Part shown: piece by piece, positions 21,506 to 32,200 of the stretch
Layout: every line of letters starts with the position of its first letter
How positions within the stretch are numbered: position 1 is the first letter of the stretch
NCBI GenBank assembly: GCA_963744145.1
Contig: CAVUSO010000001.1
Span: forward strand, 6,944,001-7,008,000
Origin: an uncultured cyanobacterium
Lineage (GTDB): Bacteria; Cyanobacteriota; Cyanobacteriia; Cyanobacteriales; CAWUOF01
Direction of reading: 5' to 3'
Length of the DNA stretch: 64,000 bases
The notes under the pieces: generated by a model
Databases searched by the model: none
The model's input: only the letters and a program-made list of their open reading frames with translations
Told to the model about the DNA's origin: nothing
Program-made: the position numbers and the translations under genes

Positions 21506-24500
21506 ATGAAACATTTCCTCCAGATTATTAACGGGTGTTTAACAATTTTCCCTGTAGGGATGATATGTGCTAATATTTGTCCTGGGTTAACACAATCCAT
21601 TATTCCTACTCGCAACGCTACGGGGACCTTAGTTACACCTGTAGGTAATAAATATAATATTAATGGCGGTACTCTTTCGGGCGATCGCACCAATTTATTC
21701 CACAGTTTTGATAAATTTGGACTTTCCACAGGTGAAACCGCCAATTTTATCTCTAGTCCAGGAATTCGCAATATTTTAGGGAGAATTAGCGGGGGAAATC
21801 CTTCCTTAATTAACGGATTAATTCAAGTAACGGGAGGGAATTCTAACTTATTTTTAATCAATCCTGCGGGCATTGTCTTTGGCTCTAATGCGAGTTTAAA
21901 TGTGCCCGCATCTTTTACCGCAACCACAGCGACAGGAATTGGATTTAGTAATAATCAATGGTTCAATGCGATCGGCAATAATAACTATAACAACTTAATC
22001 GGAACACCATCGCAATTTACCTTTGATTTCGCCAAATCAGGAAATATTATCAACGCGGGAAACTTAACCGTACCAGTCGGAGCAAATTTAACCTTACTGG
22101 GTGGTAATGTAATTAATACTGGACAATTGACTGCTCCTGCGGGAAATATTACTATTAATGCTGTGCCAAATCAGAATGTAGTAAAAATCTCGCAACCCGG
22201 ACATATATTAAGTTTAGAAATTGCACCTCCACGAGATTCTACTGGGCAAATATTGCCGATCGCACCTGCCGATTTACCTACTTTACTAACAGGAACAGCA
22301 AAGAATATAGATACAGGGTTGAGTGTTAATGCCAGTGGTAATGTGCAATTAAATCAGTCGGGCATAATTTTACCAAATAAGCAAGGTTTAGCAATTACAA
22401 CAGGGAATATTTCGGTAGCAGGAATAAGTGGAAATTCAGTAGGGGGAAATGTAAATGTTTTAGGAGATAAATTAGGAGTATTTAATAGCAATATCGATGC
22501 TTCTGGCGCTACGGGAGGAGGAATAGTAAGAATAGGTGGAGATTATCAAGGAGGAGGAACTTTACCCCATGCTAGTCAAACAATAATTGCGACCGACTCT
22601 AGTATTAATGCTAATGCCACAGAGACAGGAAATGGTGGAAAAGTAATAGTCTGGTCAGATAGTTTTACCAGTTATTATGGCAATATCACTGCTCGTGGAG
22701 GAGTCAAAGGTGGGGATGGTGGTCTAGTTGAAACTTCAGGCAAAAACTTACTAATTTTTACTGGAGGAGTAGATGCGGGAGCAAATTTAGGTAAACCAGG
22801 AACATTATTGCTTGATCCGAAAAATATCACCATTACTAATGTTAACTCACCCTTAGTTACACTTACCAACCCCAACCCTGTAGCAGGTAGCTTCGGTCTT
22901 TCAGTTGCAGTAACGAATGACAACAAGCTCTTGGTTGGTGCTTACCTTAACACATCGGGGGGATACACAGCAGCAGGACAAGCTTTTTTGTTTAATAGCA
23001 GCGGTGGACTGATCACAACTTTAGACAATCCCAATCCTATAGCAAATGGACAGTTCGGGTCTCAAGTTGCCGTAACAAGTAACAACAACCTGTTGATCGG
23101 CGCTCCTTCCAACCAACAATCGGGGGGGAGTATCATAGCAGGACAAGCTTTTTTGTTTAATAGTAGCGGTAATCTGCTCCGAACTTTAGACAATCCTGTT
23201 CCTTCAGGAGGATTCTTCGGATGGTCAGTAGCTGGAGTGGGCAGTAACTTGTTGATTGGAGCACCTTACAACCAACAATCGGGGGGGAGTACCATAGCAG
23301 GACAAGCCTTTTTGTTTAATAGTAGTGGTAATCTGCTACAAACTTTAGATAATCCCAATCCTGTAACAAATGGAGGATTCGGATGGTCAGTTGCCGCAGC
23401 AGGTAATAACCTCTTGATCGGCGCTCCTTACAACACATCGGGGGGATTACCATCTGCAGGACAAGCGTTTTTGTTTAACAGTAGTGGTAATCTGCTGCAA
23501 ACTTTAGACAACCCTAACCCTGTCTATGCTGGAGAGTTCGGATATTCAGTTGCCGGAGTAGGTAACAACCTGTTGATCGGAGCGTGGAACAATACATCGG
23601 GAGGATTACCATCTGCAGGACAAGCGTTTTTGTTTAACAGTAGTGGGACACTGTTGAAAACTTTAGATAATCCTAACCCTTATACGCCTGCAATGCTTGG
23701 AAATTTCGGAAATTCAGTTGCCGGACTAGGTAGTAATCTGTTGATCGGGGCCTATCAAAACACATCGGGGGGATTTACCGGAGCAGGGCAAGCTTTTTTG
23801 TTTAATAGCAATAATAGTAGTATTAATAATGGGCTACTACAAACATTTGATAATCCTAATCCTGCAACAAATGGCAACTTTGGTGCTTTCGTTGCCGCCG
23901 CAGGTAATAACCCGCTGGTCGGAGCTATTGGTAATGGAGTCTCAGGAGCAGGACAAGCGTTTTTGGTTAGTCCGACCTATCCAGGAGCATTATCTTTTAA
24001 TGACAATCCCAGTGCTTCAGTTAATGTTGATCCGATTAATATTACTAATGTTACTAATACGGGCACTAATGTCGTACTTCAAGTACATAATGATCTGACT
24101 GTTGCCCAACCAGTGATTACCTCTGCGGGAGGACATGGTGGAGCGATTACCCTGCAAGCAGGACGCAGTATTTTAGTTAATGCCAACATCACTACCGATA
24201 ATGGAAATTTAACTCTAGTTGCGAATGAAACTGCGGCTAATGGAATTCTAAGTCAATATCGAGATCCCGGTTTTGCTAATATTACCGTTGCACCTGGAGT
24301 CATACTTAATTCTGGTACAGGTGATACGGCAATTCGCATTAATACTGGTGCGGCGATCGGCAGTGGTGGTAATATTAGTTTGCGAAATATTATTGCTAAC
24401 AATCTCCTAGTCGAGAATTTAGGAGCTAGCAACAGCAACATTATTTTAAATACTCCCCCGACTTTGACCGGAAATATTACTTTAACTGCGAATGGAAATG

Positions 24501-27431
24501 TAACTACTCCGTCGCTGACAACTCCGGGTAATAGCATTAGTATTACGAGCAATTTAGGTCAAATTGATACAACTGGGGGCACTATTGATAGTAGCTCAAC
24601 TGGTGCGGGGGGAGATGTAACTTTAACAACAACTAATCTCGCCATTATTACAGGTAATGTTAATAGTAATTCTACTGGGAGTGGTAAAGGAGGAAATATC
24701 ACTATTACCAGTGGGGATGCGATTGATACCACTCTAGGAACTTTGAATTCTAGTTCAATGACAGGTCAAGGTGGAGATATTACCTTGAATGCGAATAGCA
24801 ATATAAAAATCGCTAATCTCAATACAAATAGCAATCTTAGTAGTGGAGCTGGGGGAAATATTACCCTGAATAGTAATGGCGGTTTAATTACTAATATAAC
24901 TGGGACGATTAATGCAACTGCAAATTCAGGTCATGGGGGAAATATATCCCTAATGAGTACCAGCGATATTATCATCAATAAGAATATCAATAGCAATTCT
25001 AATGGGACTGGGAACGGAGGAGATATTTCTTTAACTAGCACGAGTGGTGCGGTGCAGATTAATTCTCTCAATTCAACTTCAAAGTTTGGGAATGGTGGAA
25101 ATTTAACGATTAATGCTGCTAATAATATTAAAGGATTGCTGCTCTTTGCTGATGCGACTAAAGGTCAGGGAGGAAATATTAGTCTCACTAGCACTACCGG
25201 AGCAATTAATATTAGTTCGCTGAGTGCTAATTCTAATAATGCTCAAGGTGGAACCTTATTTCTCCAAGCGAATAGCAATATCACTACAGGAGATTTAAGT
25301 GCTAAAGGGATTACGGGGATAAGTCAAGGTGGTCAGACTTCTATTATTAGTAAAAAAGCCGCGATCGCGATTGGTAATATTACCACAAATGGTCCAGCAA
25401 GTGGAGGAAATATCTCCTTACAAGCTAGCACCCAAATTACGACTAAACAAATTAATTCTAGTAGCATTAATGGAGCAGGTGGTAATGTGCTAATTGACCC
25501 TACGGGAGATGTGCAAGTGAGTAATATTAATACTGCTGGTCAGACAACAGGAGGAAATGTGGATATTACCGCAGGTACATATTTGCGAGTAAATGTACCT
25601 CTAACTACAGCTAATTGCGGTACAGTGAGTATTTGCACAATTGGTAATAGTCAAGGAGGGAATATATTTCTCAGACATGGGGGTGATGGAGTAGTTCCAT
25701 TTATCGTGGGAGATGCAACGCTCAATGGTACAGCTAGTGCAATATATAAGGGAAATAGTTCAGAACAAAAGATTAATAGTGGTTCCTTCTTGATGACTCA
25801 ATTGCAAGATAACGGGACACTGGGAATTATTACTAAGACCACTGCTATACCAACACCAACACCTGCACCAACATCAACATCAACATCAACATCAACCCTT
25901 GCAACATTTGTACCAACACCAGTACCAACATCTACTCTAATACCAATACCAACACCAACACCAATACCAACACCTGCACCAACACCAATACCAACAACAA
26001 CACTAATACCAACACCTACTCCAACACCTGTACCAATAGAGGAGCATCAGAATAATTTAAACATTAATCCTGTAGATTTAACTAAATTACAAGATCATCT
26101 AGATTCTTCCCTATTGTTCCAAAATGATACTTCTCAAAATTTGGCAATTGATAAATCAATGAGTCAAGAATATACTCAATATTTTGGGCTAGCTGATGTG
26201 GCAGAATTGAGTGTTAGTAAAATCCGAGAGTCTCTGACTAATATTGAAAAACATACTGGGATTAAGCCCGCAGTTATTTATGTATTTTTTGCGCCTAGTA
26301 CGATTACTCCTGTCCCTATTAATAGCGAAGTAAAAATTACTGAAAATCCCTTAAAAGAACAAAATTTAGGTTTGTTAAGAGCGGCAATACCGGCAGCCCA
26401 AGATCATTTAGAATTAATTTTAGTCACAGGAAGTTCTCACCCAATTCGCAAGTCCTTAAATGTGACTAGAGAGGAAGTTCTTGCGACTGCTCAAAAATTT
26501 CAGGATACAGTAGCTGACCAAAAAATGACGCGAGAATATCTGGTGCCATCGCAAAGAATGTATCAATGGTTAGTCGCTCCTTTAGAACAGAATTTACAAG
26601 CATTGAATATTCAAAATTTGGTCTATATCATGGATCAGAAACTCCGCACTCTTCCTTTAGCAGCAATGCGGGATGAGAAAAGTTTTCTGATTGAACGCTA
26701 CAGTGTGGGATTAATGCCAAGTTTTGCCCTGACTGACCCCAGTTATCAGGATATTCATAGTTCTCAATTATTAGCAATGGGTAGCACTAATTTCTCGGAT
26801 GTCTTCCATCTCAGTGCTTTACCATCCGTGAAAGCGGAAGTAAATTTGGCGCATCAAATTTGGGGAGGTAAATCTTTTCTGAATGATCAATTTACCCTGG
26901 AAACCTTAAAATCTCAACGGGAACATCATCCCTTTACAATTGTCCATTTAGCTACCCATGCTGACGTTAATCCGGGTACAGCCGATGACTCTTATCTTTA
27001 TTTTACGAAGGAAAGATTACCTCTGCCTAATTTACGTTCAATTAAGTGGAATAATCCCCCAGTAGAACTATTAGTTTTAAGTGCTTGTCAGACCGCAGTA
27101 GGAAATGATAATGTGGAGTTAGGTTTTGCCGGATTAGCAGTCCAATCTGGGGTGAAATCAGCTTTAGCTTCCTTATGGCATATTTCTGATGAAGGTACTC
27201 TAGGATTAATGACGGAGTTTTACGAGCAATTAAAAACAGCACCAATTAAAGCCGAAGCTTTACGTCGCGCTCAGTTAGCTATGATGTCACCATGAAGTGC
27301 GTTTACAAGCAGGAAAGTTAGTCACCAGTAAGCAATCTTTTCCCTTACCTCCTGAGTTAGTTAATTTGCATCACCAATTCAGTCATCCTTATTATTGGAG
27401 TGGGTTTACCATTATTGGTAATCCTTGGTAA
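21506..27431 (+). CDS. Array copy B: TPS + 7-blade propeller + beta-helix + Pro/Thr + CHAT; +1 frameshift at ~27287 cuts off the last ~47 aa
   Basis: 1929 aa ORF ends at 27295; the paralogous tail EVRLQAGKLV...HPYYWSGFTIIGNPW continues in another frame to 27431. Confidence 0.9.
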
Positions 27432-27482
27432 ATTCACCGACTCCATCGACCTTGGTCTTTGAACTCTCCCAAATGGTAACCT

Positions 27483-27716
27483 ATGAAACATTTACTCCAG
27501 ATTATTAACGGGTGTTTAACAATTTTCCCGCTAGGGATGATATGTACTAATATTTGTCCTGGGTTAGCACAATCTATTATTCCTACTCGCAACGCTACGG
27601 GCACCTTAGTTACACCTGTAGGTAATAAATATAATATTAATGGTGGTACTCTTGCGGGCGATCGCACCAACCTATTCCACAGTTTTGATCAATTTGGACT
27701 TTCCGCAGGTGAAACC
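27483..27716 (+). pseudogene. 5' remnant of an array copy (signal peptide and start of TPS domain)
   Basis: MKHLLQIINGCL...NLFHSFDQFGLSAGET is near-identical to copies B and C; homology stops at 27716. Confidence 0.9.
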
Positions 27717-27744
27717 TTCTGCTGCCAATCTGCAAAAAATTACG

Positions 27745-27891
27745 CTAAGGATTATGAATCCATTCGTCATGAATTAAGTTAGTCCATTTAGCTCTAAAGA
27801 GATCGGCGATCGCTAATTGAATGAGAATATCTCTAAGATAGTTAGAATAAAGGACACAGGCATCGTATATTACTGTAAATTTGCTAGTCAT
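27745..27891 (-). pseudogene. Truncated PIN-domain (VapC/PIN_3-like) toxin, 48 aa
   Basis: Manual translation MTSKFTVIYDACVLYSNYLRDILIQLAIADLFRAKWTNLIHDEWIHNP*. The start overlaps the stop of the upstream HTH gene (ATGACTAG). Confidence 0.8.
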
Positions 27892-28339
27892 ATAGTCCTA
27901 ATTCTTCAGATATTACCACAATCTCATCTAAAACTTTGCTTCTGGCGGCATCAATATTGGTTTTGTATTCCATTAAGTCGGTAAAGCGGATGCGTCGATG
28001 TTTGCCGACTTTGTGATAGGGAATTACACCTTCTTCTAGTTGTTTGATTAGGAAGGGGTGCGAGACGTTGATTAAATCTGCGGCTTCTTGGGTGGTGAGT
28101 TCGGCATGGATGGGGATGATCGTTACGGCGTTGCCTTGGGACATCTGGGTTAAAATATCTATAAATAGGCGATAGGCGGCGGCAGGGATTGTGGCTGTCT
28201 CTTCACTGCCATCGGCTTCTACGATTTTGAGATGACGGACACTTTCGCTAATGTGCGAGGCAAGAATACGGCTGCTTTCTTTAGAAATTTCGGTTTCTTC
28301 TTCGGTGGGAATATGTAGAGACTGGTTTAGGGCAACCAT
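27884..28339 (-). CDS. Excisionase-like HTH_17 DNA-binding protein, putative antitoxin of an HTH-PIN pair
   Basis: ELTTQEAADLINVSHPFLIKQLEEGVIPYHKVGKHRRIRFTDL; coupled to the PIN fragment. Confidence 0.88.
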   Translation of the reverse strand: MVALNQSLHIPTEEETEISKESSRILASHISESVRHLKIVEADGSEETATIPAAAYRLFIDILTQMSQGNAVTIIPIHAELTTQEAADLINVSHPFLIKQLEEGVIPYHKVGKHRRIRFTDLMEYKTNIDAARSKVLDEIVVISEELGLYD

Positions 28340-28709
28340 TGGGCAACCTCAGATAGTTTTGTTTTTAGATTGCTGGAAATTGTTTGAATTTTGCTCAAAG
28401 TCTAGCATATTAAAACGCAATAAACGAAATAGTGACAGTGCAAGCGAGGGAAGCGATCGCACTTGGAGCAGATCAAGCCGTTGGTGCTTGGGGTGCTGAG
28501 TAAAGCAGCGCGGTATAATTGACTGTTGCCAAATTTTAGATCTATAAAGTCCGTGCCATTGAATTACCATTATTTTATGGTTATTTTCGGTGGCCCAAGT
28601 ACCTGCCTGCCGTCTTAGCCTTAGCAGATCAGATTTACAGCACATTAGACTGGTGGACTACCCCGCTACGAAGTGCGCCGGGAATACGATCGCAACCAAA
28701 ACTAATTGC

Positions 28710-29080
28710 TTCAAGGTAAAATCGACAATAAATATCCAATCTTGGCGATATTCTTTTTGACGATTAAGCTCATATAATCCAATCCGTCCTAGCCATTTTA
28801 AAAGTGCAAGTAAAGCTGGGAGTTTTCTGTTCTTCTAAGTTATTAAACAATTCTAAGGTTTTTTCTATTCCTCTAAAACTGCTCCCCCATTTAATTAAAA
28901 GTTGGATAGTTTTTTCTGCTTTTCTAAAGCTTTTTCTTTCCAATTATCTCGACCTGCACAAAATAACCGCGCTAATCTGCTAGGTGGGCTCTTGAACTCT
29001 GACATTAACTTTTACCTTTTCAAGTAAATGTGACACAGTTATTGCATGAATAATATCACTCAAAAACCCACAAAGTCAAC
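28710..29080 (-). mobile_element. Degenerate IS/transposase remnant
   Basis: Broken frames MSEFKSPPSRLARLF..GRDNWKEKALEKQKK (ATG 29005), IQLLIKWGSSFRGIEK and KWLGRIGLYELNRQKEYRQDWIFIVD resemble a cyanobacterial transposase-like ORF (from recall). The putative element end abuts the array remnant at ~29080. Confidence 0.55.
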
Positions 29081-29084
29081 AGCC

Positions 29085-29170
29085 TACCTCCTGAGTTAGT
29101 TCAATTGCATCACCAATTCAGTCATCCTTATTATTGGAGTGGGTTTACCATTATTGGTAATCCTTGGTAA
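29085..29170 (+). pseudogene. 3' remnant of the disrupted array copy (end of CHAT domain)
   Basis: TACCTCCTGAGTTAG...ATTGGTAATCCTTGGTAA encodes PPELVQLHHQFSHPYYWSGFTIIGNPW*. Confidence 0.9.
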
Positions 29171-29221
29171 ATTCACCGACTCGATTGACCTTGGTCTTTG
29201 GACTCTCCCAAATGGTAACCT

Positions 29222-32200
29222 ATGAAACATTTCCTCCAGATTATTAACGGGTGTTTAACAATTTTCTCGCTAGGGATGATATGTGTTAATATTTGTCCTG
29301 GGTTAGCACAATCCATTATTCCTACTCGCAACGCTACGGGGACTTTAGTGACCCCAGTAGGTAATAAATACAATATTAATGGTGGTACTTTTTCGAGCGA
29401 TCGCACCAACCTATTCCACAGTTTTGATCAATTTGGACTTTCCACAGGTGAAACCGCCAATTTTATCTCTAATCCCCAAATTCGGAATATTTTAGGGAGA
29501 GTTACGGGAGGAAATCCTTCCTTAATTAATGGATTAATTCAAGTTACGGGAGGAAATTCTAACTTATTTTTAATGAATCCTGCGGGAATTGTATTTGGCT
29601 CTAATGCGAGTTTAAATGTGCCCGCATCTTTTACCGCAACCACAGCAACAGGAATTGGATTTAGTAATAATCAATGGTTCAATGCGATCGGCAATAATAA
29701 CTATAACAACTTAATCGGAACACCATCGCAATTTGCCTTTGATTTTGCCAAATCAGGAAACATTATCAATGCGGGAAACTTAACCGTACCAGTCGGAGCA
29801 AATTTAATCTTACTAGGTGGTAATGTAATTAATACTGGACAATTGACTGCACCTTCCGGAAATATTACTATTAATGCGGTGCCAAATCAGAATATAGTAA
29901 AAATCTCGCAACCCGGACATATATTAAGTTTAGAAATTACACCACCAAGAGATCCTACTGGGCAAATCTTGCCGATCACTCCGGTTGATTTACCGACTTT
30001 GCTAACAGGAACGAATAATATAGATATAGGTTTAAGTGTTAATACCAGTGGTAATGTGCAATTAAATCAGTCAGGGATAATTTTCCCAAATCAGCAGGGT
30101 TTAGCAATTACAACAGGGCAGATTTCCGTAGCCGGAATAACCGGAAATACAATAGGTGGAAATGTCAATGTTTTAGGAGACAAAGTAGGAATATTTAATA
30201 GTAATATAGATGCTTCAGGTACTACGGGAGGAGGAATAGTAAGAATCGGTGGTGACTATCAAGGAGAAGGAATTTTGCCCCATGCTACTCAAACTATTGT
30301 TGCAGCAGATGCTAGCATCAATACTAATGCTACAGCAACGGGAAATGGTGGCAAAGTAATCGTTTGGTCTGATAATTTTACCAGTTATTATGGCAATATC
30401 ACTGCCCGTGGAGGTAGAAATGGTGGGGATGGTGGTTTAGTTGAAACTTCAGGCAAAAACTTACTAATTTTTACTGGAGGAGTAGATGCAGGAGTAACTT
30501 TAGGCAAACCAGGAACTTTACTCCTTGATCCTAAAAATATCACTATTACTAACGTTAACTCACCACTAGTTACACTTGTCAACCCCAATCATGTAGCAGG
30601 TGGACAGTTCGGTATTTCAGTTACAGCAACGAATGACAACAAGCTCTTGGTTGGTTCTTACTATAACACATCAGGGGGGGTCTCACAAGCAGGACAAGCT
30701 TTTTTGTTTAATAGCAACGGTGGACTGATCACAACTTTAGACAATCCCAATCCTATCATTAATGGACAGTTCGGGAATCAAGTTGCCGTAGCAAGTAACA
30801 ACAACCTGTTGATCAGCGCTCCTTACAATACATCGGGGGGGGTTATAGGCGCAGGACAGGCTTTTTTGTTTAATAGTAGTGGTAATCTGCTCCGAACTTT
30901 AGACAATCCCAATCCTGTAGTAAATGGAGCTTTTGGATGGTCACTGGCTGGAGTGGGCAGTAACTTGTTGATTGGAGCATATGGAAACACATCATTGGGA
31001 GGAATCCCAGTAGCAGGGCAAGCCTTTTTGTTTAATAGTAGTGGTAATCTGCTCCGAATTTTAGATAATCCCAATCCGATCATAACTGGTGGTGGCGCTT
31101 TCGGATGGTCAGTTGCCGCAGCAGGTAATAACCTCTTGATTAGCGCTCCTTACAACACATCGGGGGGGTTCACCCAAGCAGGACAAGCGTTTTTGTTTAA
31201 CAGTAGTGGGACGCTGATGCAAACTTTAGATAATCCTAACCCTGTAGTGAATGGACAGTTCGGATATTTAGTTACCGGAGTAGGTAACAACCTGTTGATC
31301 GGCGCTCCTTACAACACATCGGGGGGGTTCACCCAAGCAGGACAAGCGTTTTTGTTTAACAGTAGTGGGACGCTGATGCAAACTTTAGATAATCCTAACC
31401 CTGTAGTGAATGGAAGTTTCGGAATTTCAGTTGCCGGAGTAGGTAGCAATCTGTTGATCGGGGCGTATGGAAATAAATCGGGGGGATTGACTGGAGCAGG
31501 GCAAGCTTTTTTGTTTAATAGCAATAATAGTCATATTAATAATGGGTTACTACAAACATTTGATAATCCTAATCCTATAGCAGGTGGCAGCTTTGGCATT
31601 TCCGTTGCCGCAGCAGGTAATAACCTGTTAATCGGAGCTAATAGTAATGGAGTCTCAGGAGAAGGACAAGCGTTTTTGATTAGTCCGACCTATCCAGGAG
31701 TATTATCTTTTAATGACAATCCTAGTGCTTCGGTTAATGTTGATCCGATTAATATTACTAATGTTACCAATAGGGGTACTAATGTCGTACTCCAGGCACA
31801 TAATGATCTGACTGTTGCCCAACCAGTTACTACCTCTGCGGGGGGAAATGGTGGCGCACTTACTCTCCAAGCAGGACGTAGTATTTTAGTTAATGCCAAC
31901 ATCACCACCGATAATGGAAATTTAACTCTAGTTGCGAATGAAACTGCTGCTAATGGAGTGCTAAGTCAATATCGAGATCCGGGTTTTGCTAATATTACCG
32001 TTGCACCTGGAATAATACTTAATTCTGGTACAGGTGATACAACTATTCGCATTAATACTGGTGCAGCGATCGGCAGTGGTGGTAATATTAGTTTGCAAAA
32101 TATTATTGCTAACAATCTGCTCGTCGAGAATTTCGGGTTTGGTAATAGCAACATTACTTTAAATACTCCCCTGACTTCGACCGGAAATATTACCTTAACT

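Noticed and set aside
27884..28339. Prophage or integrative element excisionase
   Set aside because: No integrase or phage genes; coupling to a PIN stub fits a toxin-antitoxin antitoxin better.
28349..28720. ORF 28349..28645 and a plus-strand fragment IYKVRAIELPLFYGYFRWPKYLPAVL
   Set aside because: No recognisable family or proper start; may be debris of another gene, but I cannot support a call.
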